Below are positions 23,530 through 39,150 of a DNA stretch of 64,000 nt, one piece after another (the stretch's first letter is position 1; each line of letters starts with the position of its first letter). The notes below the pieces were generated by a model. It had not been told where the DNA came from, searched no databases, and worked only from the letters and a program-made list of their open reading frames with translations. This stretch comes from Macrostomum lignano (lineage: Eukaryota). Both the position numbers and the translations under genes were made by a program. The stretch covers positions 930,001 through 994,000 of the forward strand of contig NIVC01000412.1 in the NCBI GenBank assembly GCA_002269645.1, written 5' to 3'.

Positions 23530-24250
23530 GGGATTGTAGCCTAGTGGAGGGGGTTGTAGTTTAGTGGTGGGGTTTTTTGCCTAGTGGAGGGGGTTGTAGC
23601 CTAGTGGAGGGGGTTGTAGCCTAGTGGAGGGGGTTGTAGTTTAGTGGTGGGGTTTTTTGCCTAGTGGAGGGGGTTGTAGCCTAGTGGATAGGGTTGTAGT
23701 TTAGTGGTGGGGTTTTTAGCCTAGTAGAGGGGGTTGTAGTTTAGTGGTGGGGTTTTTAGCCTAGTAGAGGGGGTTGTAGTTTAGTGGTGGGGTTTTTAGC
23801 CTAGTGGAGGGGGTTGTAGCCTAGTGGAGGTGGTTGTAGCCTAGTGGTGGGGGTTGTAGCCTAGTGGAGGGGGTTGTAGCCTAGTGGAGGGGGTCGTAGC
23901 CTAGTGGAGGGGGTTGTAGCCTAGTGGAGGTGGTTGTAGCCTAGTGTGGGGGTTGTAGCCTAGTGGAGGGGTTGTAGCCTAGTGGAGGGGTCGTAGCCTA
24001 GTGGAGGGGGTTGTAGCCTAGTGCGAAGGGTTGTAGCCTAGTGGAGGGGGTTGTAGTTTAGTGGTGGGGTTTTTAGCCTAGTGAAGGGGGTTGTAGCCTA
24101 GTGGTGGGGGTTTTACTGTTGTAGCCTAGTGGAGGGGGTCGTAGCCTAGTGGAGGGGGTTGTAGCCTAGTGTGGAGGTTGTAGCCTAGTGGAGGGGGTTG
24201 TAGCCTAGTGGAGAGGGTTGTAGCCTAGTGGAGGGGGTTGTAGCCTAGGG
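23530..24250. repeat. 20-bp minisatellite (gggggttgtagcctagtgga)
   Basis: Visible array filling TRAPPC8 intron 3. Confidence 0.95.
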
Positions 24251-24332
24251 GTTAAAGCTTTGGTTAGAGCTTGCACATCTGATCTACGGGTACAATTGGA
24301 ATCCTGTATTGATCCCTATTTTTGCACTGCAG

Positions 24333-24472
24333 GCCGATGCAGCATTTCTGCACTACGCCGGCACCATGGAGATGGCCGCCCTGTCTGCCTTCATGCAGGA
24401 GGGCACAAGCCAGAGAAATTATCCTCATCCTTATATGGAAAATGCCATAGCTACCTACCTGCAAAATTGCAA
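24333..24472 (+). CDS. TRAPPC8: TRAPPC8 coding exon 4
   Basis: Reads ADAAFLHYAGTMEMAALSAFMQEGTSQRNYPHPYMENAIATYLQNCK; acceptor ctgcag, GTAAGT donor at 24473. Confidence 0.9.
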
Positions 24473-24581
24473 GTAAGTCAGCTGTTATCTACTTAAAACT
24501 GCATATACATCACAGACTACTACTGTCAATCTGAAATATTCGGCATTCCAATGTGTTTTCGTCTTCTGCCTTTTTTCTCAG

Positions 24582-24687
24582 AAACCAACTGCTCGCCACC
24601 AGAGGTACTTTTCTTAGCGCTGAGGCTTTGAAAACTAAGAAAATGTACGCTGAGGCCGCCGTGCAGTACATTAAGATGACGACCGAG
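24582..24687 (+). CDS. TRAPPC8: TRAPPC8 coding exon 5
   Basis: Acceptor ttttttctcag; reads NQLLATRGTFLSAEALKTKKMYAEAAVQYIKMTTE; GTGAGA donor at 24688. Confidence 0.88.
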
Positions 24688-24705
24688 GTGAGACTGCGGT
24701 AATAG

Positions 24706-25289
<584 letters not shown>

Positions 25290-25323
25290 CACACTGACAC
25301 AGAATGCCCCACCGCCACTCCAG

Positions 25324-25758
25324 GACTCGGATCTGCGCAGCGCCCTCCTGCTTGAGCAGGCCGCCCACTGCTACCTGCGCATGCGGGTGCCGCACGTGCG
25401 CAAGTTCGCATTCCACCTCATCCTGGCTGGTCACCGGTTCTCCAAAGCCGCCCAGCGAGCTCATTCCCTGCGCTGCTATCGGGCCGCTCTGCGCGTCTAC
25501 CGGGACCGCGGCTGGACACTGGCCGAGGACCACATCAACCTGGTCCTCACTAAGCATTCGGCCGCCCTACGCGAGTTGGAGTCGGCTAAAGATTCAGCCT
25601 ACAGGCTGCTCCGCCACGATAGCCGGCAAAGTCCGGCCCAGCAGTCCACTTTCCTCAGAGATTTTGTGCACGTGTATCGCGAGTTTATTCCAACTGTGGC
25701 CAGTCCGCCTGACTACTGCCTCATTGGCGGGGCCTTGCCTGTGCTGCCTCTGCCGAAG
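25324..25758 (+). CDS. TRAPPC8: TRAPPC8 coding exon 6
   Basis: Reads DSDLRSALLLEQAAHC..RKFAFHLILAGHRFSKA..GWTLAEDHIN..LPVLPLPK, the most conserved TRAPPC8 block; GTGAGC donor at 25759. Confidence 0.96.
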
Positions 25759-25889
25759 GTGAGCGATGCAACGCCTGTGAGCTGGTGTGTGCCCCCTATA
25801 GGGGTGCAATCTTAGCTCTGTATATCAGGGGGTCGGCAAACTCCGACCTCAACTTCACACTAGTAATCTGGCCTGCTCAGGGTTTGCTT

Positions 25890-26495
25890 CTCTTCTCAGC
25901 TCTCCTCTCTCTAATCTTATCTCCTTTCCTCTTCTCCCTTCTCTCCTCCCCTCTCCCTTCTCTCCTCCCCTCTCCCTTCTCTCCTCCCCTCTGCCATCTC
26001 TCCTCCCCTCTCCCTTCTCTCCTCCCCTCTCCCTTCTCTCCTCCCCTCTCCCTTCTCTCCTTTCCTCTCCCTTCTCTCCTCCCCTCTCCCTTCTCTCCTT
26101 TCCTCTCCCTTCTCTCCTTTCCTCTCCCTTCTCTCCTTTCCTCTCCCTTCTCTCCTCCCCTCTCCCTTCTCTCCTCCTCTCTCCCTTCTCTCCTCCTCCC
26201 CTCTCCCTTCTCTCCTCCCCTCTCCCTTCTCTCCTCCCCTCTCCCTTCTCCCCTCTCCCTTCTCTCCTTTCTTCTCCCTTCTCTCCTTTCCTCTCCCTTC
26301 TCTCCTTTTCTCTCCCTTCTCTCCTCCCCTCTCCCTTCTCTCCTCCCCTCTCCCTTCTTTCCTCTCCCTTCTCTCCTCCCCTCTCCCTTCTCTCCTCCCC
26401 TCTCCCTGCTCTCCTCTCTTCTCCCTCATCTCATCTTCTCTCCTCTCCCTTCTCTCCTCTCCCTCCTCTCCTCTCCCTTCTCTATCCTCTCCCTT
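25890..26495. repeat. Polypyrimidine CT-rich minisatellite (about 19 bp, ctctcccttctctcctccc)
   Basis: Almost purine-free + strand in intron 6; a similar tract lies at about 36490-36850. Confidence 0.95.
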
Positions 26496-26789
26496 TGGCA
26501 GAACACAGCCGGCAGAACACAGTGACAGTCATGCCTAAATAAAAATCTTCGGGTCAAACATGGACCAAATTGATGCTTTTCGGACCAAATTAATGCTACT
26601 GGACCAGCCAATTGCTACCATAGACAAAAGCTGCGTTACATTGGCAAACATATCTTAGATTAAATTCAATGCGTGTAAGCCAAAAATGGGCTGCAAAAGC
26701 TTTATTACATCGAGTACAGTATTTACAATCATTGGATACTTAGTACGAAGAACCAGCAGTACATTTGTTCTCTCCTCACTTTCTCCAAG

Positions 26790-27223
26790 GTGTTAGAGCA
26801 GGAGCTCAAACTGTTGTTGAGTCGGCCATCCAGCCAGCTGGATGATCTGAGCATCCCGGCTAGAGGCGTGCACTTCCAGGACGCCGACCTGTGCCACCCG
26901 GAGTGGTCCGGCCTCGAGCGCGCCCTGCTCGAAGCGGCCACTGGCCGCTCAGCGCCGCCATCGTTTCGGCCAAGCCTGCCATGTCTGTCGCGGAACACGC
27001 CGAACGAGAATTGCCCAGTGGCTGTTGCTGGCGAGCCGCTGACCTATCAGATACCGCTGCGCAACCCGGCCCAGATACCCCTCATCCTGCGCGACGTCTG
27101 CCTGCTGTGGAGTCTGCGCAGGACTAACGGTGGCGGCGGCGAGACCCCGGCCGATGCAAACGCTGCGGCTGCGGTTGGGCTGGTTACTAACGAGATTGAG
27201 GCCAGCCAGATGCACTTTGCCAG
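26790..27223 (+). CDS. TRAPPC8: TRAPPC8 coding exon 7
   Basis: Reads ..[42 protein letters not shown]..; GTGAGC donor at 27224, phase 2. The 5' acceptor could be AAG at 26789 or the in-phase CAG at 26801. Confidence 0.85.
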
Positions 27224-27239
27224 GTGAGCGGCTGCTGGG

Positions 27240-27354
27240 TAGACAGACAGACAGACAGACAGATAGACACTAAGACAGACAGACTGACTGACAGACAGAC
27301 AGACAGACAGACACACACACACACACACACAGGAAGACAGACAGACAGACACTA

Positions 27355-27405
<51 letters not shown>

Positions 27406-27420
27406 TACACACACACATGA

Positions 27421-27453
<33 letters not shown>

Positions 27454-27706
27454 GGTAGACACACACACACACACACGGGAAGAAAGACAGACAGACAGAC
27501 AGACAGACAGACAGGCAGACAGACAGACAGACAGATAGACAGACAGACAGACAGGTACACACACACACACACACAGGAAGACAGACAGACAGACAGACAG
27601 ACCGACAGACAGACAGGCAGGCAGACAGACAGACCGACAGACAGACAGGCAGGCAGACAGACAGACCGACAGACAGACAGGCAGGCAGACAGACAGACAG
27701 GCACTA

Positions 27707-27739
<33 letters not shown>

Positions 27740-27746
27740 GGCAGGC

Positions 27747-27783
<37 letters not shown>

Positions 27784-27820
27784 CTAAGACAGACAGACAG
27801 ACAGGCAGGCAGACAGACAC
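27240..27820. repeat. (GACA)n microsatellite
   Basis: Starts 16 nt after the exon 7 donor; contains the variant gacactaagac. Confidence 0.98.
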
Positions 27821-28856
27821 TAACCACACCACACAAATACCCCAACAGTCATAAGTAGTACGCTAAGCACAATGTTCAAAGGCTTTGTGTACTGCATCCC
27901 GACAAAATAAATTTATCACTAAAAAGATGCTTTGCAAGGTACTCACAACAGTAGCTTATGAAAACTGTAAATGAAATGAAACCAAATGAAGCTGTGCTGT
28001 GAGTTGCGGTTAGAAATGCACAAAAAATGTCATGGGAAATTTCCTACTGTTGACATGGTCTGCCTGTTGTTTTTCAAGCTGACATTGCGGTCACCGATGA
28101 ATGCTTTTTGTAACCCTAATCCTAAGCCTAACCTTTTTAAGCTCTTGTTTCTGTCTGTTTCTTTTCCCTGTCAAATCCAGCATGTGTAGAGAGGGCTTTG
28201 AATTTGTCTGCAGTTTTAAGCATTTTCATGCGCACTCAGCACCTGCCGGTTGATGATTGGGGTTGGACTTCTGTTTACCTTAATTTTGTCTTTTTTCTGC
28301 GCATGTCTAACAGAAGTGGAGAAATCGTCACGTATTCCTATATGCTAATGCTTCATCCGGCTCGTTTTTTAATTATGCTGTTTTACAGCTTGAGCTGATC
28401 TGCTCTCTCTCTCTCCCATAGAAAGTGCGTCGCCCGTAACAATTCGTTCGCAAATGTACTTTCCTGCGCTATTTTCTGTTACTGAATTTATTAGCATTTT
28501 GATTGTAGGATATTGTGCGGCTTCTAGCGTTTCTCTGTCTCCCTTGTCTTTTTATCTCCTATCTATCTTCTACTCTCACTCTGCCTCTCCTCTCCCTCTC
28601 TTCTATCCTTTTCCTGTCTCCCTCTCCTCTCTCTACTCTCCTTCTCTCCTCTTCTCTCTCTGTCCCTAGTCCCTCTCTCCTCCCTCTTTTTACATTCTCA
28701 GTCTCTTCACTCCATCTCCTCATTTTCCTCTCCCTCCTATTTTTGCGTATCTTTCTCTACTCCCATTCTTTTATCTCCCATCTCTCCCAGCTTGTATTGA
28801 TGCTTGCTTATCCCCTATTTCTTCCATCACTATTATTTCTCTTTCCCATCTTTACC

Positions 28857-31460
<2,604 letters not shown>

Positions 31461-32019
31461 ATTTCCACCCCGTCTATTATGTTCCAATCGTGTTTACCTA
31501 TTCCAACAAATTATCAGAAAAATAATATTAACTTGTCCTTTGAAGCACCATCTCGACCTGGATTCAGTTTAGAATAAGAGTTTAAAATATAATTTAGACT
31601 CACGCGTGACCCGCTGCTAGGCAGCCCAGGTGCTGCAGCACATGCGCGGGCACAGGCAGTTATTGAGTAGGAAAGGAGAAGTTAGCAGCTCAACGAATTT
31701 CCCATTGTCACGCATCAGTTTTCAGAATTAATTTTCTCCACAGAGTTCATAAAGAAGACCGACTGTCGCCTCTAACTAATCTTTTACAAGCGGATTTGTC
31801 ATCGGCCTTTCTTTAGAGACACCCCCATCTATCCGACTGTGTAGTGAACTAATCAGATCGGAGACTTTAATCCGTGTGCCTCGTTAATCCTACTTGTTAG
31901 TTGGCAGAACAAGTCTTAGAAACAGCGTTTTTTGTCACTGCATTCTATCTGGCTTTCATCCTTCAACTTCGACTGTCAGACTTAACAAAATTTATGATGA
32001 TACTTACAGAGTATGAATT

Positions 32020-33370
32020 ATCCTTTTTTGCCGATATGTAATGTAATGATTCTTATTGTTTTTCTGCCGATATGTATCGGTTCTTTTCTGCCGATATGTA
32101 TCGATTCTTGTTCTGCCGATATGTATCGGTTATTTTTCTGCCGATATGTATCGGTTCTTGTTCTGCCGATATGTATCGGTTATTTTTCTGCCGATATGTA
32201 TCGGTTCTTTTCTGCCGATATGTATCGATTCTTGTTCTGTCGATATGTATCGATTTTTGTTCTGCCGATATTCATCGAATATTTTTCTACCGATATGTAC
32301 CGATTCTTTTTTCCCTATGTGTCAGTTTTTATTCTGCCGATATGTATCGATTCTTATTCTACCGATATGTATCGATTCTTTTTCTTCCGATATGTATCGA
32401 TTCTTTCTCTGCCGATACTCTTTTTCTGCCGATATATATTGATTCCTAATCTACTGATATGTATCGATTCCTTTTTTGCCGATATGTAATGTAATGATTT
32501 TTATTCTTTTTCTGCCGATATGTATCGATTCTTGTTCTGCCGATGTGTATCGATTCTTTTTCTGCCGATGTGTATCGATTCTTTTTCTGCCGATCTGTAT
32601 CGATTCTTTTTCTGCCGATATGTATCGATTCTTGTTCTGCCGATGTGTATCCAATATTTTTCTACCGATATGTAACGATTCTTTTTTTGCCTATGTGTCA
32701 ATTCTTATTCTGCCAATATGTATCGATTCTTAAGGGGGGCCGTAGCCCAGCGGTAGCGCAGCTGCTCTGGTGTGCCAGCGACCCAGGCTCGATTCCAAGT
32801 GCAGTCACATTAATTTGGGGCTGAATTGGAATCTCGGCTTGGCTCTGCTCGTGCAATTAACGGCCTTGAGAGCCAACCCCCCAAGGCGCAGTGAAGTGTA
32901 CATGCCTAACGATAATATAAAGTTAGGGCCGCTGTACACTCCTGTGTGAGTGTGTGCCTGCGTACGTATCCGCGCGCTTGTGTGCCTGCTCAGGGGAGTC
33001 GGCGTAATGGGCAGTAATGCCTCTCGCCGGTTGTGTGCCTATGTCGCTTAAAGTGCGCCAGGGTGCACACAACCCCCCTGCCTCTAATAAAAATGTATCG
33101 ATTCTTATTCTACCGATATGTATCGATTCTTATTCTGCCGAAATGTATCGATTAGTTTTCTATATATATGGATTCGTCTTCTACCGATATGTATCGATTA
33201 TCATTGTACTGATATCGATTTTTTTTCTGTCGATATTTTAATTACAAGCGTATTTTATTCTACCGATATTTACAGATTTTAATTCTACCCGTTTGTATGA
33301 ATTCGTTTTCTACCGATTTGTATCGGTTATTATTCTATCAACATGCATCGACTTTTTTACCGACATGTGT
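32020..33370. repeat. 24-25-bp minisatellite (ctgccgatatgtatcgattctttt), interrupted by a SINE
   Basis: Visible array on both sides of 32734-33092. Confidence 0.92.
32734..33092 (+). mobile_element. tRNA-derived SINE, young copy
   Basis: A box tagcccagcgg, B box ggctcgattcc, 3' tail ctaataaaaa. atgtatcgattctta on both sides (32718-32732, 33093-33107) is consistent with a 15-bp TSD, although it is also part of the host repeat. Confidence 0.85.
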
Positions 33371-33452
33371 TGATTCATGATTCCTAATCTACCAATTTGT
33401 TTATTATTGGTAGATCCTTATTCTCTCAATCCAAATCAAACCCCTTCCCCAG

Positions 33453-33747
33453 AGAGGCCGTCACCACTGAGCAGCTGGCTGAGCTCTCCCTTCTCCCCGG
33501 CGAGAGGAAGTGCGCCGAATTGGCCCTGATCCCTAAACAAGTTGGCCAGCTTCGCGTCACCGGCCTGGCTTTCACTCTCTGTTGTCAAGCGCCATTGGAG
33601 GCTTCCACCTATGGCGGTAGCGGCAGCAGCAGCAGCCAGGGTGTCCGCGGCAAAGTACCTCTGGAGGTCACCGGGCCGCGGTTGAACCGCCGACGCGAGG
33701 ACTGGCAATCGGTAGTGTACGCTCCGGACAGGCGGCTGGAACTGCAG
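33453..33747 (+). CDS. TRAPPC8: TRAPPC8 coding exon 8
   Basis: Acceptor ttccccag, phase 2; reads ..LIPKQVGQLRVTG..VRGKVPLEVTGPRLN..VYAPDRRLELQ; donor at 33748. Confidence 0.9.
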
Positions 33748-33789
33748 GTGATTTCCTCTTTGCTCTGTTATCACTCTATTAGTCATTCC

Positions 33790-34870
33790 TGACTCACCCT
33801 ATGAATCATCACTGAATCACAATATGAATCATCACTGAATCACAATATGAATCATCACTGAATCACCCTATGAATCATCACTAAATCACCCTATGAATCA
33901 TCACTAAATCGCCCTATGAATCATCACTAAATCACCCTATGAATCATCACTAAATCGCCCTATGAATCATCACTAAATCACTTCATAACTCATCACCGAA
34001 TCACCCGATTAATCATCACTGAATCACCCGATGAATCATCACTGAATCACCCTATGAATCATCACTGAATCACCCTATGAATCATCACTGAATCACCCTA
34101 TGAATCATCACTGAATCACCCTATGAATCATCACTGAATCACCCTATGAATCATCACTAAATCACCGTATAAATCATCGCTGACTCACCTTATGAATGAT
34201 CACTGAATCACCCTATGAATCATCACTGAATCACCCTATGAATCATCACTGAATCACCCTATGAATCATCACTAAATCACCCTATTAATCATCACTGAAT
34301 CACTCTATGAATCATCACTAAATCACCCTATTAATCATCACTAAATCACTCTATGAATCATTGCTAAATCACCCTATGAATCATCACTAAATCACCGTAT
34401 AAATCATCGCTGACTCACCTTATGAATGATCACTGAATCACCCTATGAATCATCACTGAATCACCCTATGAATCATCACTGAATCACCCTATGAATCATC
34501 ACTAAATCACCCTATTAATCATCACTGAATCACTCTATGAATCATTGCTAAATCACCCTATGAATCATCACTGAATCACCCTATGAATCATCACTAAATC
34601 ACCCTATGATCATCACTGAATCACCCTATGAATCATCACTGAATCACCCTATGAATCATCACTGAATCACCCTATGAATCATCACTGAATCACCCTATGA
34701 ATCATCACTGAATCACCCTATGAATCATCACTGAATCACCCTATGAATCATCACTAAATCACCCTATGAATCATCACTGAATCACCCTATGAATCATCAC
34801 TAAATCACCCTATGAATCATCACTGAATCACCCTATGAATCATCACTAAATCACCCTATGAATCATTCCT
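33790..34870. repeat. 23-bp minisatellite (atgaatcatcactgaatcaccct)
   Basis: Fills intron 8. Confidence 0.97.
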
Positions 34871-34927
34871 GAATAATTGTAAACTTTGTATAAATGTATA
34901 TCCCAAATTCAACTCAAATCTGCACAG

Positions 34928-35317
34928 GTGGCCCCTCCAATGCCCAGCCTCCAGTTAAGCTTCATCGGTTTCCCAGCCTACCTGCTAGCTGGCCAGGTGC
35001 GCCGCTTGTCTATGAAGGTGACGAACTGCGGCCAGGTGCCCCTGACCGGCCTCCGGTTGGCCTCCAAGCAGCTGGCGAACTTCACCTTCGGATTTGACGA
35101 ATTCTCCGACAATCTGCTGGACACCGCAGTGTTCCAGGAGTGCCAGCAGGCAGGCTCTGCTGGCGTAGCTTCGGATTCAATCCGGTTGAGGCCGACACCG
35201 ACTGTTGTGCAGGTGCCAATCAATGTGCCCGGTCAGGTTCCTGGCGTACTGCAGCCCGGCCACTCGGCCACTGTCAGCTGCTGGCTGCGTGCCGCCTCTG
35301 AGCCCGTGACGCAGCAG
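34928..35317 (+). CDS. TRAPPC8: TRAPPC8 coding exon 9 (probable GC donor)
   Basis: Reads VAPPMPSLQLSFIGFPAYLLAGQVRR..PLTGLRLASK..FTFG..LQPGHSATVSCWLRAASEPVTQQ. The best in-phase donor is CAG|GCAGGT at 35318; a weaker in-phase GT lies at 35306. Confidence 0.85.
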
Positions 35318-35369
35318 GCAGGTTTTGGAATTATTTTATTGATTAAGATTTTAATAATAATTCCCCATT

Positions 35370-35990
35370 AGATTGATTAAAAATTATCGATTAGAGTGTT
35401 TATAATAATTCCCCATGGGATTGATTATTAATTCCCCATTAGATTGTCGTCTGTCTAAAATGGCTAAAAAATTCCCCATTGGAATGATAAAAATTCCCAT
35501 TAGATTGAATAATATTCCCTATAAGATTTTTTTATAATTCCCCATTAGATTCATGACTAATTCCCCATTAGATATCTGCATAATTCCCCATAACATTGAT
35601 TTATAATCCCCATTAGATTGATAAATAATTCCCCATTCGATTGATGAATAATTCTCCATTAGATTGATAATTAATTCCAATTAGATTGAATAATATTTCC
35701 TATAAGATTTTGTTATTATTCCCCATTAGATTGACGAATAATTCCCCATTAGATTGCTGCATAATTCCCCATTAGATTGCTGCATAATTCCCCATTAGAT
35801 TGCTGCATAATTCCCCATTAGATTGACGAATAATTCCCCATTAGATTGCTGCATAATTCCCCATTAGATTGCTGCATAATTCCCCATTAGATTGATGAAT
35901 AATTTCCTATTAGATTGATAAATAATTTCCCATTAGACCGAATAATATTCCCTATAATATTTTTTTATAATTCCCCATTAGATTTATACA
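35370..35990. repeat. About 23-bp degenerate minisatellite (ataattccccattagattg...)
   Basis: Visible in intron 9. Confidence 0.9.
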
Positions 35991-36964
35991 TAATTCCGCA
36001 TTACAATCAAAAGAGATTTTCAATATCATTTCAACTTATCTGCATCACAAAAATACCCCAAATTATCTCATCTGAAAGCTGGGGGCCCCTGAGGCATTGA
36101 ATTGCCATCGTGAATAAGACTAGCAAAAATGGAGATTGTAAAAAAATAATAAGCGATGGCTGGTTGCCTACAGGGCTTGGGATCTCTGGTTTTGTTTAAC
36201 CGTACAAGCAGAATGCAGACTAAGATAAATTCGTTACCCTTATACTCCATTAGGCTGCTTTGTCTGGCTTCAGAGATAGCTAAAAATATTCCTAGCATAT
36301 ATTTTTTCTTTGCTGTGGCTCCCGATTTTCAAGCTGCTCGAGGCTTTGGGGCATTTTTATGCATGCATGCTATTCGCATAGGATACTCAAGTCTAGAATG
36401 ATCATACTCCTGTGCTGTTCTCAAATTGCTCATGTATCTACTTATTGCCTGGTTTTTATTGCCTTTCACTTAGCCCTATCTCCAGCCTACCATTTTCACC
36501 TTCCCTCTCCACCCTCCGTCTCCACCCTCTCCTCCACCCTCTCCTCCACCCTCCCTTTCCACCCTCTCCCTCTCCACCCTTCCTCTCCACAATTCATCTC
36601 CACCCTCTCCTTCTCCACCCTCTCCTTCTCCACCCTCCCTCTCCACCCTCCGTCTCCACCCTCTCCTCCACCCTCCCTTTCCACCCTCTCCCTCTCCACC
36701 CTTCCTCTCCACACTCCATCTCCACCCTCTCCTTCTCCACCCTCTCCCTCTTTACCCTCTCCCTCTTTACCCTCCCCGTCTTCACCTTTTCCCTCTCCAC
36801 CCTCCCCCTTTCACACTCCCCCTCTCCCTCTCCAGCCTCTTCCTTTTCACTCATTCACCCGCTATCTTTATCATCTCGTTTCGATCCTTTTCCTGAGTAC
36901 GGCCTAGCTGTGGATAAATATAGATAGATAAGGTGTGTCATATTGAACTTAAAAATATTCGCAG

Positions 36965-37210
36965 ATCGCAATGCTGTTTTACTACGAGAGCACCGAGCCG
37001 CCCGCTGGTGCAGGGCCATCTGGCCAGCAGCTGCACCACCGGGTGCTGCGACATTCCGCCACTCTCGAGGTGCTGCCAGGCCTGGCCTCCAAGTGCTGCC
37101 TACACGCTGCTCACAGTCACGCCCTGCCCGCGTGTCAGCTGCTCAGCCTGACCCTGACTAACACTCGGACGCCGGCCAATCAACCTGGCAACGAAGTTTT
37201 TATTACTCAG
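36965..37210 (+). CDS. TRAPPC8: TRAPPC8 coding exon 10
   Basis: Acceptor ttcgcag; reads IAMLFYYES..HHRVLRHSATLEV..EVFITQ; donor at 37211, phase 0. Confidence 0.88.
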
Positions 37211-37384
37211 GTTTGACTTTTTCTTCACCCTTTAGTTTACCCATATAAAATAAAATATACTGTAAAACGGCCCTTTCAAGGGCTGAAAATATCAGGAGCT
37301 AGGTCGGTTGGATATACGAGACGCCAAAGGCAATTTCTGTGACAGTATTGGCTGCTAAGGATGGAAAACGCGGTTGCTAGGGAG

Positions 37385-38120
37385 TAGACAACAAAGCTGC
37401 TAGGGTACATATCGGTTGCTAAGGCTATTACGGGTAATCTGAAAGCACTTGCTAGGGTACATATCGGTTGCTAAGGATAGAAAAGATATTCTAAAAGCAC
37501 TGTTGCTAGGGTACATATCGGTTGCTAAGGATAGATCGGGTATTCTGAAAGCACTGTTTCTAGGGTACAGATCGGTTACTAAGGATAGAACAAGTATTCT
37601 AAAAGCACTGTTGCTAGGGTACATATCGGTTGCTAAGCATGGATCGGGTATTCTGAAATCACAGTTGCTAGGGTACATATCAGTTGCTAAGGATAGATCG
37701 GGTATTCTGAAATCACTGTTGCTAGGGTACATATCAGTTGCTAAGGATAGATCGGGTATTCTGAAATCACTGTTGCTAGGGTACATATCAGTTGCTAAGG
37801 ATAGATCGGGTATTCTAAAATCACAGTTGCTAGGGTACATATCGGTTGCTAAGGATGGATCGGGTATTCTGAAATCACTGTTGCTAGGGTACATTCGGTT
37901 GCTAAGGATGGATCGGGTATTCTAAAATCACTGTTGCTAGGGTACATTCGGTTGCTAAGGATGGATCGGGTATTCTAAAATCACTGTTGCTAGGGTACAT
38001 TCGGTTGCTAAGGATGGATCGGGTATTCTAAAATCACTGTTGCTAGGGTACATTCGGTTGCTAAGGATGGATCGGGTATTCTGAAATCACTGTTGCTAGG
38101 GTACATTCGGTTGCTAAGGA
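37385..38120. repeat. 54-bp minisatellite (with a shorter variant at the 3' end)
   Basis: gttgctagggtacatatcggttgctaaggatagatcgggtattctgaaatcact; fills intron 10. Confidence 0.95.
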
Positions 38121-38176
38121 TAACATTAAAAAGTCCTCGGTTGCTATGCAGTGTTGTTTCGCAATTCCAAACTCAG

Positions 38177-38758
38177 GTGAGCTGCATCAGCCGGCGCTAC
38201 CGTCTGGTTTCAATTGGCGACTCTGGCTGCTCAGCAGCCGGCTGCAGCGTCAGTCTGCAGTCAGGCGAGACCTACAGCCTCTGTCTGGGCCTCGCCGAAG
38301 TCGCCGACGCGGCATCGACAGCAGTGCCATCCGACGATCCCAGCCGACTGCTGTCCCGCGTTCTACTCGGCGCCGACAGCGGCGGCTGTCGCTCTGCTGT
38401 TGTCGAAAGCGGCAGTCCAGTCGCTGATATGCTGGCCTCGGACAGGGACTGCTATTCGGCATCCTTGGCGTCTGATGGCGGCGGCGAGGCTGCTGTCGAC
38501 ACTCCCGCTCACCTGCTGGTGTTCTGGCAGCTGGCTGGCAGCGGCGCCGCCGGCAGGGACAGGGGCTTCTTCCAGCTGCCGGTCCGCCTGTCAGCTCTGC
38601 CTGCGAGCTCCGCAGCCACTGCTGGCATCGTCGGCGGCATCGACGATGTCGGCGCATCCACCGGTCTGATGTCGCAGCGGATGCCGCTGCCGCCCGGGGT
38701 TGATCAGCTGGTCAGGCAGTGCAAAATGGTCCGCTTGGCCATGCAGTACGAGGCGACC
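38177..38758 (+). CDS. TRAPPC8: TRAPPC8 coding exon 11
   Basis: Acceptor actcag; reads VSCISRRYRL..SPVADML..HLLVFWQ..VRLAMQYEAT; GTGAGT donor at 38759. Confidence 0.85.
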
Positions 38759-38929
38759 GTGAGTTTTTTGTGCTAGTTGTTTGCTTATCAGGAGTTAGAG
38801 TACTCAATTTTAGATCTGGGATGGGATCTTAAAACCTGGGGATCTGTGTTCTGGGATTTCAAATTTCAGCATTTGGAAGTGGAAGTCTGGGCTTTCATAT
38901 TCAAAGTTTGGAATCTAGGATTCGTGATT

Positions 38930-39150
38930 TTGAAATCTGGGAGTAGGTATTTGGAATCTGGAATTGGGGATTTTGAATCTGGAATTGGGGATTTGGAATC
39001 TGGGATTGGGGATTTGGAATGTGGGATTGGGTATTTGGAATCTGGGATTGGTGATTTGGAATCTGGGATTGGGGATTTGGAATCTGGGATTGGGGATTTG
39101 GAATCTGGTTTAGAGGATTTAGAACCTGAGATCTGGGATTCAGGGATGTG
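38930..39150. repeat. 21-bp minisatellite (ggggatttggaatctgggatt)
   Basis: Visible in intron 11. Confidence 0.9.

Noticed and set aside
24511-24540. Alternative acceptor cacag at 24515 for TRAPPC8 exon 5
   Set aside because: Leads to an in-frame TGA within 6 codons; 24581 restores homology.
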